Of a stretch of DNA of 63,689 nt, positions 44,792 to 53,562 are shown piece by piece; within the stretch, counting starts at the first letter, position 1, and each line of letters starts with the position of its first letter. This DNA is from a virus. Both the position numbers and the translations under genes were made by a program. The notes under the pieces are model-generated. The model ran no database searches. It had not been told where the DNA came from and saw nothing but the letters and a program-made list of their open reading frames with translations. Location: the IMG/VR virus record IMGVR_UViG_3300029951_000027. One strand, given 5' to 3'.

Positions 44792-46300
44792 TCAGTGCTT
44801 GGCCGCCCAGTGCTCGGCGTTTTTGCGATTGAGGTCTGCCAGCGTGACCACACCTTGCGCGTGCTGGTGGCTCGCGTCGTTGGTGGCTCGCGTGGCGGCC
44901 TTGCCGTTGTTCTGCTGCTGCTTCATGGCGGCGGCAGAGTTGAACAGGGTGCGTGCGGCGTCGCAGGTCATCTTGCTCGTGTCCAGGCGCTTGCCGGCCA
45001 GGATGGTGTCGATCAGGGTGCGCGTTTCGGGGAACGTGTAGGCGCTGTCCAGGGCCTTGCGGCGGAAGGAGCAGAGAGTCTTCGCCGTGGCACCGGGGCG
45101 GGCCGCCGCGTCAAACGTGGGGAAGGAGATGCCGGGGGCGAGGATTTCACCCATGCTGAAGACGTCGCGGACGGTGTCTTGCATGAACGCGCTGTCGCGA
45201 GCCTTGTCCTTGTTCTTCTGGACCTCTTCCTTGAGGTCTTCCGGAACTTCGTCCAGGGCCATTTCGTCGGCGCGGGTCTCTTCGTCCTTCGCATCCTTGG
45301 CCTTCTTGTCGGCCTCTTCCTTCTCGCGCTTTTCCTTCTCTTCGGCGGACTCGTCCAGGGTGCCGGGGTTGTGCCCTTGTTTGCCCTGGGTGTTCTTGTC
45401 CGGGTTCGGATTGCCTTCGCCGGTGTCCTTGCCCTTGCCGTCCTTGGCGCCACCCTTGCCGGCGATGTGCGCCTCGAGCGCGGCGATGCGCTCGCGCAGT
45501 TCGGCATGTTCGGCGTCGTTCTGCTTCCAGCGTTCTTCGTCGTCACCATCGGCGGCGTGGACGTGGACATGGGTGTCACCCGTGCTGGCGCCTTCTTCCA
45601 TCTCGGCGGCAGCGTCTTCGACCAGCTTTTCCACCTCGGCGGCGTCCTTAGCCTTGAAAGCCTTGGTGAAGAATTCGCTCAGCTTGTCACGCACCGTGGC
45701 GGTCTTGACAGCAGTCTTGGCATCGCGGGTCTTGCTCATGTCGTCATCCAGGTTGATCGTCTTGTGGTCACGGATCGCGCAGCGGGGGCCGCAGCGTCCT
45801 TCGTCCACCACTGCGACGTGGTTGATATAGATGTTCTCTTGCCGGCCAATACCGGGTTCGACTTCGACGTAATCTGCGTCGTATCCGAGGCTGACCTCGG
45901 CTTTGCCAGCTTCGACCAGCGCAATTCCGACCGCGTCGGTGATCAGCAGATCGGCCAGGAGAAGGTCGTCTTCGTTACCTTCTCCCCGGCGCACGTTGAA
46001 CATCGTGCCGATCGTCAGCTCTTTCCAGGTCGCCGGCAGCACGTCATCTTCAGGATGCGTGTCACATACCGACTTGCCGTTACCGCTGGCAATCGTCTCG
46101 GGGCGAAAGACTTCCTTGTCGTCCCGGAAAATTCTGGTGATGCCGTCAGGGCCACCTTTGACCGGAGTCTCATCCGGCCCGTAGATCATCATGCCCGTGC
46201 GGGCAATGGGAACGTTCTTGCAGAGGAGAAAGCCTTCGGGGGTCTTTTCCCGGTTTGGCCCGATCTTCTCGACCGTGTAGAACGTTCCCCGCTGCGTCAT
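44792..46300 (-). CDS. DUF2213-like prohead protease/scaffold protein
   Basis: The N-terminal domain (FYTVEKIGPNREKTPEGFLLCKNVPIARTG...LGYDADY) is followed by a long Lys/Glu-rich scaffold-like region. Confidence 0.7.
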   Translation of the reverse strand: MTQRGTFYTVEKIGPNREKTPEGFLLCKNVPIARTGMMIYGPDETPVKGGPDGITRIFRDDKEVFRPETIASGNGKSVCDTHPEDDVLPATWKELTIGTMFNVRRGEGNEDDLLLADLLITDAVGIALVEAGKAEVSLGYDADYVEVEPGIGRQENIYINHVAVVDEGRCGPRCAIRDHKTINLDDDMSKTRDAKTAVKTATVRDKLSEFFTKAFKAKDAAEVEKLVEDAAAEMEEGASTGDTHVHVHAADGDDEERWKQNDAEHAELRERIAALEAHIAGKGGAKDGKGKDTGEGNPNPDKNTQGKQGHNPGTLDESAEEKEKREKEEADKKAKDAKDEETRADEMALDEVPEDLKEEVQKNKDKARDSAFMQDTVRDVFSMGEILAPGISFPTFDAAARPGATAKTLCSFRRKALDSAYTFPETRTLIDTILAGKRLDTSKMTCDAARTLFNSAAAMKQQQNNGKAATRATNDASHQHAQGVVTLADLNRKNAEHWAAKH

Positions 46301-46307
46301 GGCTGCC

Positions 46308-46760
46308 TTAAAAGGCCGTCACGAAATCGTACGGTGCACCGACCAGCGCGAACACGCAGGAAGCTGTCAGTGCCGTCACGCTTACCTTGACCGTGGTGTA
46401 GCCCGACACGTTGGCTTTCCAGAAGCCGGTCGCAGCGACCGCACTGGCCGCCGTTGCGGCGCCGCTGTAGCTGGCAACGGGGTAGATGTTGATCACCGTG
46501 TAGTTGGCACCGTTGTCGTTGGACGCCTGCACGGTGGCTGCCAGGGCGGTACAGGTACCGCTCACCCGCAGCGTCATCACGCCACTGCCGGAAGACGTGA
46601 ACGTGACCGTGCCGGGCGCCGACAGCGTGACCGGCGCCAGCACCGAGTTCGGCAGGTACGTCGGGTTCTGATACGGCAGAGTCTGCGCGCACACGGCGGC
46701 CGATGCGACGGCAAGCGCCATCGTCAACATCATGGCGAGCTTGGAAATCATGTTGCGCAT
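46308..46760 (-). CDS. secreted protein with signal peptide (moron candidate)
   Basis: The signal-peptide-like N-terminus is MISKLAMMLTMALAVASAAVCAQT, followed by a Thr/Ser/Ala-rich body. GAGG lies upstream. Confidence 0.55.
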   Translation of the reverse strand: MRNMISKLAMMLTMALAVASAAVCAQTLPYQNPTYLPNSVLAPVTLSAPGTVTFTSSGSGVMTLRVSGTCTALAATVQASNDNGANYTVINIYPVASYSGAATAASAVAATGFWKANVSGYTTVKVSVTALTASCVFALVGAPYDFVTAF

Positions 46761-46856
46761 TTGGACCTCTGTGGTATGCTAGGTGAATATCGGGTTTGAG
46801 CGGATGGCCGGATTGTAAGGGGTGATTACTCAACTCCTTTTCATCAACCTATATTA

Positions 46857-47123
46857 TCAGGTTTGCATGCTCCGGCACGTATTCCAAGTCTTCGATGTGA
46901 GCAAAAACCATCCCAACATCAAAATCAGAATTGCAAACACCCATACCTGCGTGTGAACGAATAGGAGCAGGCTTGCCGTCGCGCCCAGCGCGAAGTATCC
47001 CAGCGTAACCACATGGGGTGTTTGCCGCGACATGTAATTCAGGCGGCACAGCGTGCACCACATAACGAGCAAGCATAGCGCCATGTGCAGCATGCACGGG
47101 ACGCAATGGAGGTAGGCGGTCAT
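46857..47123 (-). CDS. small multi-TM membrane protein (88 aa)
   Basis: It has an ATGA overlap with the upstream gene and about 3 hydrophobic helices. The DNA here is visibly lower in GC. Confidence 0.45.
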   Translation of the reverse strand: MTAYLHCVPCMLHMALCLLVMWCTLCRLNYMSRQTPHVVTLGYFALGATASLLLFVHTQVWVFAILILMLGWFLLTSKTWNTCRSMQT

Positions 47124-47503
47124 TTCTGTTCCTTGGAAAACAGGCCGAACAACATCCCGGTCAAGTTTTGCAACTTCTCCATCCACACCTCGCCGAACGC
47201 AGTGGTTACAAGCGAGATGGGGAAGTACAGCCAATCAATCTTGCCCGCTTCTAGGTGTGGGCCGATATACTGAGCAACGAACACCGTCATGAACAGTGAA
47301 GTCGTCAGCGTGATAATGCTGTATGCCAGGGTAGAGAATCTACTGGTGGGTTGCCGGCGCCTGACTCCAATCATCAAGCCGACAAACGAACCCATCAGAA
47401 TCACGAAGTACACCGTTGCCGCTGGGGCATATTGCGCGCCCAGCATGGCCGTGAAGACGATTAGCAGCAACGAAAGGGGGTCGATTTGCGGAGTCGGCTG
47501 CAT
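47120..47503 (-). CDS. 4-TM membrane protein (127 aa)
   Basis: Four hydrophobic segments are present, and the DNA is visibly lower in GC. Confidence 0.55.
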   Translation of the reverse strand: MQPTPQIDPLSLLLIVFTAMLGAQYAPAATVYFVILMGSFVGLMIGVRRRQPTSRFSTLAYSIITLTTSLFMTVFVAQYIGPHLEAGKIDWLYFPISLVTTAFGEVWMEKLQNLTGMLFGLFSKEQK

Positions 47504-47569
47504 GGCCCGTAATTATCAACAATGACCCGCACCTTGATACAACATCAAACTTAAGTCAATGCTGCAAAG

Positions 47570-48343
47570 TTATTCAAGATCTGGCAGCACAGGTACTGGA
47601 TAGCAGCGGCAGTTATAAATCTGCCCGGCGTGCGTGACCGATCCGTCTTCAAGCGTCGGCATCGTGTCCCACGCAATCACCTTGCCATTCATGGCTTTGT
47701 GTGATTCGCGCACGGTGGCGTCCATGCTGGTACGCCAGACGTAGTGTGTGACGCCGACATGAAGGCACCTTGATTGAACGAGGCCGCTGGCGGTGCGTGC
47801 CACCTCGGTACGGGCAATGAGGCGGGCGCGACTGAGAGTCACATCGCCAGTTTCGAGAATGTCCTTCTGGATCTCTTCTGCACGTCGCCCGGTTGCTAGG
47901 GCACCGAACGTAAGGTCATGCACTCGGGTCGCAGCGTCTTCAGGCAGCGACGTGATGAGATTAACGTTCTCTTCAAGGTACCGCCGCAGCCACTGCCCGG
48001 TCGGCGCCGTGCGCAGTTCGCGCTTCAGTGCATCGCCCATCTGCCCAGACAGCTTGAACCACCTGTTATCATCAACCTCGGCAATGCGGTTTACCATCTT
48101 GGCCGCCACAGACGTAGCCCAGGGCCTAATAGCAGTGCCGTAAGACCGTAGCACGCGCTGGAGCTCGTGCGAATCCTCGACAACGCCTCCCGGCGCCATA
48201 CCCTTGACAATGTGGTCAATCTGTTTCGCGAGCATGCGCAACGAGCGCATGTATTCGCTTTCCAAGCGTTCAGCCAGCTTGAACCGCTTGTGGGCCTCGG
48301 CCCTCAGCGCGGCGCTGGCGTAGTCGTCGCGGGTGCTGCGCAT
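47570..48343 (-). CDS. Mu F-like head morphogenesis protein
   Basis: The C-terminal NCRCYPVP motif and its position after the portal support the call. Confidence 0.75.
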   Translation of the reverse strand: MRSTRDDYASAALRAEAHKRFKLAERLESEYMRSLRMLAKQIDHIVKGMAPGGVVEDSHELQRVLRSYGTAIRPWATSVAAKMVNRIAEVDDNRWFKLSGQMGDALKRELRTAPTGQWLRRYLEENVNLITSLPEDAATRVHDLTFGALATGRRAEEIQKDILETGDVTLSRARLIARTEVARTASGLVQSRCLHVGVTHYVWRTSMDATVRESHKAMNGKVIAWDTMPTLEDGSVTHAGQIYNCRCYPVPVLPDLE

Positions 48344-49887
48344 TACTCGCTACCAGCGGCCCCAGGATCGGCGCTGGCGGGCTTGCTGGGGCCTGCGGCC
48401 TTGCCCTGCACCGGGGCTACCTTAGTGGTGCCCGTAGCCCCGGCAGCCGCCGCGCCGGGCGCCCCAGGCACGCCATCTTCAGGCACGCCATCTTCAGGCA
48501 GCGGCGGCGGCTCGTTCTCGGCCTCGGTGATCAGCTTGTCGGTAATTGCACCCCACACGCCAGTCTCTTCCGCCGACCGCTTCAGTTCGCGCAGTGCAGT
48601 CGGTTTGTCAACCAGCCCGACGCCTTCGGCGCTCGTCACGGCGCTGGTGATGCTGCTCGCGATCTCTGCCTTCTCCTTGGCGCTCATCTGCCACAGCGGC
48701 TTGAACTTGATGCTGACCGACTTGTGCAGGCTCACACCCTCCGACAGTGCCATGACGTGGTAGATCATGTTCACGCCGACATGCAAGTCGCGGATCTGCT
48801 TCTGGTGAACTCGGTCGTAGTAATTGCGAACGTCTGTTTCGCCGGTGTTGAAGCCCTTGGGTGACTGGCCGAACAGGCGCACCAGCGGGATCTCGGCCGC
48901 TGCGGAAACTTGTTCGCTGAACGACCCCAGGATGTCAGCAAGGCCGCTGAATGCCGTGTGAGACACGCCTTCAAACTCGTCTTTCGAGTCCATGACGGTC
49001 ATACCTTCGACACCTTGCAGCGACCGCATCATTTCGATGTACTTGATGAAGCCGGCATATGCATCGCCACCGGCCGCAACAAGCTCGCGCATGTTTTCGA
49101 CCTTGTACGTGCGAATGTACGCCTTGTACACCAACTGCGCGGCCCCGGTGGTGGCGCTGTCGAACGCCACCATGCGATCATACATGCGTTCGAGCACCGA
49201 GATGCCCCACATGTTTTCCATGATGCGCTGCCAGTACGGCAACCGGATCCCTTCCAACCGAATGACTCGGCTGTAGTGGATACGCATCATGGACAGCGCG
49301 GGCGCCTGCGCGGTCACGGAGTAGAACTTAGGGAGCCCGAGGTGCGGCCCCATCTCGGTCACGAGATCGTTCAAGGACGGTTCAACCATCCAACGGTCGA
49401 GCGTGATCAGGCCGCGGAACTGCCCCTTGCGAATCGACTGCAAGCGCAGCGGCGTAGCCGGGTCCTGCCCATCGATCAACATGACCACAATGGCGCCGCC
49501 GTACAGTCTGCTCCAGCGCACACCGTCATTGATGGCGTTCCAGATGCCCATCGACGTTCCGGCCTGCGTCAGCTGCTCCTGGTCTTCGGCGTCAACGTCA
49601 CCCTTGAATTCGATGCCTTCGCGGGTCATGTCGTCGGCAACTGAATCGATGACCGCACCAGCCATCCAACTACCCCGGTACGCCCATTCCAGCAATGTGC
49701 GATTGCGCGTGATGGGGTTGAACCCATAGGTCGCCGTCGACATGGGATTGTTTGCCCCTACCCCAAAGTTCTGCGGCAGGTTCTGAAAACTGTCGAGCGA
49801 CTTCTTGCGCGCAGCGTCGTCGGTTCGAAGCGCAGTCTTGGCAGCGCGTGCCACGGACTTCGAACGGGGCGGTTTTTGAGTTGTCAT
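48343..49887 (-). CDS. portal protein (DUF1073-like)
   Basis: 514 aa, directly downstream of the large terminase. The WAYRGSWMAGAVIDSVADDMTREG pattern is present. Confidence 0.8.
   Translation of the reverse strand: MTTQKPPRSKSVARAAKTALRTDDAARKKSLDSFQNLPQNFGVGANNPMSTATYGFNPITRNRTLLEWAYRGSWMAGAVIDSVADDMTREGIEFKGDVDAEDQEQLTQAGTSMGIWNAINDGVRWSRLYGGAIVVMLIDGQDPATPLRLQSIRKGQFRGLITLDRWMVEPSLNDLVTEMGPHLGLPKFYSVTAQAPALSMMRIHYSRVIRLEGIRLPYWQRIMENMWGISVLERMYDRMVAFDSATTGAAQLVYKAYIRTYKVENMRELVAAGGDAYAGFIKYIEMMRSLQGVEGMTVMDSKDEFEGVSHTAFSGLADILGSFSEQVSAAAEIPLVRLFGQSPKGFNTGETDVRNYYDRVHQKQIRDLHVGVNMIYHVMALSEGVSLHKSVSIKFKPLWQMSAKEKAEIASSITSAVTSAEGVGLVDKPTALRELKRSAEETGVWGAITDKLITEAENEPPPLPEDGVPEDGVPGAPGAAAAGATGTTKVAPVQGKAAGPSKPASADPGAAGSE
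48466..48500. repeat. 15-bp tandem duplication (2.3 copies) inside the portal C-terminus
   Basis: aggcacgccatcttc occurs at 48466-48480 and again at 48481-48495, then a partial copy follows. It encodes EDGVP-EDGVP. Confidence 0.8.
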
Positions 49888-49919
49888 AGCTAGACCCAGG
49901 TTATCCGAGCATTATGGCC

Positions 49920-51392
49920 CTAGCGCTTTGCCAGGGCGGCCCAAGTGCTCAAGTTTGATTTGACTAGCAGTCGGAAGGCTTCTGCGGATGCGTCAACTTG
50001 GTCATCATGCGCAGTGCCAGTTCCAAACGCTTCCAGCTCGCTGAGGTACGCGTCGTTCCACGGCCCTTCCAGCAAGTCAACGGCTCCTGCCTGCCATACC
50101 GCCGCGAAAGGATCTGCTCGGACCTCTTTGTCGCCAGAAGCACGTTCAATATCTGTGATATAGCCGGCGAGGAATGTTGCATAGCTTTCCGCCTGATCTT
50201 TACCGGCTTGGCCGGGGTCTTGACACAATCCAATCTTGCACCCGATGCCGTCCGTGCTTGCGATGTTCTTGATCATCTTGCGGACATCGTGCGCACGCTT
50301 GCGCTCGTGTGCCACATGCATGACCACAAACCGTCCGTTCTTCAGCTGCGCCAGCTTCACCCCTGCCGTCCAGTCGGGGTCCTTTGCGGCTTCGCTTTCT
50401 TCGGTGGCAGCCAAGTCCCAGCCACGAACGATCTTGGCAATCTCGTCGCGGGGCGGCATGGTCTGAATGATGCGGACATCGGTCCGCTTAAAATACATGC
50501 CGTTACCCTTGACAACCTTCCAGTTGCCACCCAGCAGGCGCTCGCGTTCGACGCGAGACTGGGCCATCAAGTTAGCCTTGTAATCCGGGTCAGCCGCCAT
50601 CAGCGCTTTGTTGTCGCTTAGCTTGGCCGGGATAAATGTTAGCGACTTGGGGCGGACTTGATCTTCGTGGTCGTCTGCAAGCTCGGGCCTACCGTGCTTG
50701 TCGATTAGCTCTTGCTTGCTGTCGCCCCAATAAATCTCTTCGCCGATGCGAACGAAGTAGCGCAGCACGCCACTCCGGGCTTCTATCGGCAGGCCGGTTT
50801 CTTGGTCAATCCACCATGCGATAAACTTGGCAACCCACGATTCGGCATCAGGATTGCACGTCGCGCGAATGTAAGGCTTGACACCGCACATGCTGCGGTT
50901 CCGGGTCATCATGTAAAAGAACTGGTACTCTGTGAAGTGAGTCAGTTCGTCAAACATGATTAGCGGGATCTGCGAGCCCTGCCACTGCTGCACAGTGTTC
51001 TCATGCTCGAGGTGGGACATCTTAATGTATCCACCCTTTTCCCAGCGCCACGTATGGTCGCCTTCGCGCGGTGTGCCGTTGATTAGGTTGTAGAGCTTCT
51101 TCGACTCATCCCACAGGCCGCCAGGGTTAGTGATCTGCGGGGTGGTGCGGCGGAAGAATACCGCATTGAACTCGGGGTTGGATGTGATGTGCCGCAACGG
51201 CTCCATCAGAAGCGCCCACGACTTACCCCCGCCAGCAGCCCCTCCGTAGATGACAAGATCCGCGGCTGAGGCTAGAAACTGCTCTTGCGGCCCTTCCTGG
51301 GGTCGAATGATAATTAGTTCGGCGGTCTGCTTGGCTGCCGCCGAAGTGGGGCTGCGTACAGGCGCCGCAACTTCTTCAGGCGCAACTACCAT
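49920..51392 (-). CDS. terL: terminase large subunit
   Basis: Walker A is GGAAGGGKSW. The size and its position upstream of the portal support the call. Confidence 0.85.
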   Translation of the reverse strand: MVVAPEEVAAPVRSPTSAAAKQTAELIIIRPQEGPQEQFLASAADLVIYGGAAGGGKSWALLMEPLRHITSNPEFNAVFFRRTTPQITNPGGLWDESKKLYNLINGTPREGDHTWRWEKGGYIKMSHLEHENTVQQWQGSQIPLIMFDELTHFTEYQFFYMMTRNRSMCGVKPYIRATCNPDAESWVAKFIAWWIDQETGLPIEARSGVLRYFVRIGEEIYWGDSKQELIDKHGRPELADDHEDQVRPKSLTFIPAKLSDNKALMAADPDYKANLMAQSRVERERLLGGNWKVVKGNGMYFKRTDVRIIQTMPPRDEIAKIVRGWDLAATEESEAAKDPDWTAGVKLAQLKNGRFVVMHVAHERKRAHDVRKMIKNIASTDGIGCKIGLCQDPGQAGKDQAESYATFLAGYITDIERASGDKEVRADPFAAVWQAGAVDLLEGPWNDAYLSELEAFGTGTAHDDQVDASAEAFRLLVKSNLSTWAALAKR

Positions 51393-51395
51393 GCG

Positions 51396-51662
51396 TCACC
51401 GGCTGCGCCCATTGATGGCGTTGTACGTAGTTACCAGCGCGGACAAGCGCCCGTACACGATCTGCCGGCGCCGCAGAATGGGTGCGTATGACACGTCGGT
51501 GATGTTGGGAATCGACCGCAACTCTTTCAGTCGTTTGTCCAACGCTTCCTTCACAACCTCTGTGAATCGCTGCGGGGTGACACCAGCCCGGCCAATCTCA
51601 TCCGCCAGTCGTTCGCTGCCTTCCACTACTGCCGACACCTGAAGCAGAGTCATTGTGGTCAT
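51396..51662 (-). CDS. hypothetical protein (88 aa)
   Basis: It lies between TerS and TerL. The start was chosen at 51662, and 51671 or 51653 are also possible. Confidence 0.45.
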   Translation of the reverse strand: MTTMTLLQVSAVVEGSERLADEIGRAGVTPQRFTEVVKEALDKRLKELRSIPNITDVSYAPILRRRQIVYGRLSALVTTYNAINGRSR

Positions 51663-51663
51663 A

Positions 51664-52227
51664 TCATGCATGTGAATCATCCCTTGCAGGAAAGGTGATC
51701 GCGGCAAGCGCCGTCGATACCACTGCGTCTTCAATAGCCTCAGGCGGGGTCTGCACGGCATCCTCAACGATATCTGCAAGAGGTGCTTTGCGATCACGTC
51801 CGTTGTCGGGCAGATAGAATTTGACATTGCTTTCGACGCGCACAGTGCTTTCGGTTTTCACCGGCGCGTTCATGCCGTAGATGTCGGCCAGCACCTTGAG
51901 TGCCGCCACGCGTGAGCTAGGCTTGGCAAACTGGTTGTGCGCTTCGCGGAATAAGGATGCCTTGATACGCTTGCGCAGCGCCTCGTCGGTATTCACATTC
52001 GCGACATTCTCTTCGAGCTCGCGGCGCTTGATTTCGCGCTGCACATACCCGTCGAGCATGTAGGTATGACTGTACTCGTTCGCGTATTCCTTGGCAAAGC
52101 CCAGCCGAATACACGCTTCGACCGGGCTATAGTCCAACAGGTATTCGCTCACGAAACGATCGCGGAACTCCCGTTCAGCTTGCGTTAGTTGGGGCGCCAT
52201 GTGCTGCGCCTGCCATTGCGAATACAC
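51664..52227 (-). CDS. terS: terminase small subunit (Terminase_2-like)
   Basis: The FVSEYLLDYSPVEACIRLGF HTH-like N-terminus and its position support the call. The GTG start has AGGAG 8 nt upstream. Confidence 0.65.
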   Translation of the reverse strand: MYSQWQAQHMAPQLTQAEREFRDRFVSEYLLDYSPVEACIRLGFAKEYANEYSHTYMLDGYVQREIKRRELEENVANVNTDEALRKRIKASLFREAHNQFAKPSSRVAALKVLADIYGMNAPVKTESTVRVESNVKFYLPDNGRDRKAPLADIVEDAVQTPPEAIEDAVVSTALAAITFPARDDSHA

Positions 52228-52235
52228 GTCAGACT

Positions 52236-52263
52236 CCTATACTCAACTGATCAGGAGTATAGG
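52236..52263. promoter_or_regulatory. 28-bp near-perfect palindrome overlapping the terS Shine-Dalgarno sequence
   Basis: CCTATACTC-aactgatcag-GAGTATAGG has 9-bp arms, and the centre contains CTGATCAG. On the minus strand the 3' arm runs into AGGAG. Confidence 0.45.
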
Positions 52264-52288
52264 CGACGAACCTTGATGGTCTAAACCA

Positions 52289-52744
52289 TCAAATGCGGTC
52301 AATCTCTCCAGCGGCGATTTTGTATTCAGCCCAGTTCGAGAACCAGATCTTGAATGCTTCGATATCGATGGTGGCGCGGACCTGCTGCATGCGCTGGTTG
52401 CCCATCGGGATGAAAGTGTTCATGACCACATGCCACGCCTTGTTATTCTGGCGATAGATGAGGATCGGCTCTTCGTTGTTGCGTTCGGCGCTGGCGCACG
52501 CCTGCCGCCACCATTCAGGGATAGCGAGTGTCTCCTGCCGCTTGACTTCGAAGGCCAACCCGAAGCAGCTAATGTCGCCGCCGCCGACGGCCGACTGGTT
52601 CTGGTTGCGTTGTACGAGCTGGTGCAAGGCGACCATCGTTTCGCCGTCGTACTGGTGTTTGTGCATGAGCAGATAGATCTCGTGACGCAGCATGTTCGCC
52701 ACATCTCGTTCACCTTGCTTACCTTTGTTTTGTGCGTGGACCAT
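52289..52744 (-). CDS. PD-(D/E)XK nuclease, Hjc-like Holliday junction resolvase candidate
   Basis: GKQGERDVANML...GGGDISCFGLAFEVKRQ gives an E..D..EVK arrangement. The start at 52744 forms a TAATG overlap. Confidence 0.6.
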   Translation of the reverse strand: MVHAQNKGKQGERDVANMLRHEIYLLMHKHQYDGETMVALHQLVQRNQNQSAVGGGDISCFGLAFEVKRQETLAIPEWWRQACASAERNNEEPILIYRQNNKAWHVVMNTFIPMGNQRMQQVRATIDIEAFKIWFSNWAEYKIAAGEIDRI

Positions 52745-52971
52745 TATTTCGGCATACTTCCATTGACAGGCGCATGATGCATGTAGCCGATCTCGCGCGG
52801 GTTGCGGTATTCCTGGCGCAGGCAACGCGAGCAGAAGAACGAGTCTTCGTACCGGCGCCGTTCACACCCTTCGACGTAAAGCTTCGTACCGCTGTGCACA
52901 AGGCCCTTGTACGCAAACGAGTAACCCTGCTGTTCGCAGACTTCAGCGGCGGTCATGACTTGGTTTGACAT
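52744..52971 (-). CDS. small Cys-containing protein (75 aa)
   Basis: ATG 52971 lies within track ORF 52744..53085. Confidence 0.4.
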   Translation of the reverse strand: MSNQVMTAAEVCEQQGYSFAYKGLVHSGTKLYVEGCERRRYEDSFFCSRCLRQEYRNPREIGYMHHAPVNGSMPK

Positions 52972-53140
52972 TGCTTTTAAGGTAGAGGGTAAGCTCTGCC
53001 AGTTCCGGTTGAGTAGGGTGGCCGCCGGCGATGTCGTGGCTGTGGTATTCAACCTTGCCGGACTCGATAGCATCGGCCAGTGCACGCAGCGCCCACACCA
53101 CGCGGTGCGGATCGTCGCATTTGAATTCTTCGAACGGCAT
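52943..53140 (-). CDS. hypothetical protein (65 aa)
   Basis: ATG 53140 lies within track ORF 52943..53260. Confidence 0.4.
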   Translation of the reverse strand: MPFEEFKCDDPHRVVWALRALADAIESGKVEYHSHDIAGGHPTQPELAELTLYLKSNVKPSHDRR

Positions 53141-53142
53141 TA

Positions 53143-53469
53143 TCACTCCGTGCTTCTGTGAATGACAATCTTCTCGCAGTGCCGGCATTGCATGACGAGG
53201 TCGCCTTGCTGCGTGTCGATGACGCCGAACGAATGCTGCCGGCACCTGAAGTGACGCCACCAGCGCGGCAGCCAGTTGAAGAACCGACGCAGCACGTACG
53301 TGCGCACAACGCTGGCAATGGTCATCCAGAACGTCAGAATGGCGTTGTTCTTGAAGCTCAGCGGGAACCCGTTGAGCGAACAGATGATGTAGTTAAGCGG
53401 CATGGCGTAGCACAGGCCAATCAGCGTGCCAGTGAGAGCCTCAACAAACGAGCCCTTTTTTGATTGCAT
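53143..53469 (-). CDS. membrane protein with C-terminal CRHC motif
   Basis: The 108-aa protein has 2-3 hydrophobic helices. Confidence 0.5.
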   Translation of the reverse strand: MQSKKGSFVEALTGTLIGLCYAMPLNYIICSLNGFPLSFKNNAILTFWMTIASVVRTYVLRRFFNWLPRWWRHFRCRQHSFGVIDTQQGDLVMQCRHCEKIVIHRSTE

Positions 53470-53518
53470 GAAATGGGCCTTTGCGGGCCGCCCAAGCTAC
53501 CCAGCCATTGAGCGGCGG

Positions 53519-53544
53519 TGAAAAACGCGGCCAGCGGCCCGCCA
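53519..53544 (-). terminator. Rho-independent terminator after the KGG gene
   Basis: The minus strand reads GCGGGCC-GCT-GGCCGC followed by GTTTTT. Confidence 0.5.
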
Positions 53545-53562
53545 GGGGCCGTGCCGGGCGAG

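Noticed and set aside
44168-46390. 740-aa ORF on the plus strand, the longest ORF in this region
   Set aside because: It lies antisense to the recognisable DUF2213 scaffold/protease and the adjacent head gene. Its composition is dominated by Arg/Gly/Val/Ala/Leu runs typical of GC-rich shadow frames, and it has no RBS. The same reasoning applies to 36339..37814 (+), 43107..44171 (+), 59360..60442 (+), 60249..61553 (+), 41049..41963 (+), 13820..14797 (-), 9069..10043 (-), 19343..20170 (-) and 25133..25981 (-).
46849-47234. Alternative ORFs 46849..47106 and the full 46857..47234 reading
   Set aside because: The upstream part (MAVLPHLACNHCVRRGVDGEV...) overlaps the 4-TM gene 47120..47503 and is not hydrophobic. 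The ATG at 47123 gives an ATGA-coupled multi-TM product. 46849..47106 is an out-of-frame shadow.
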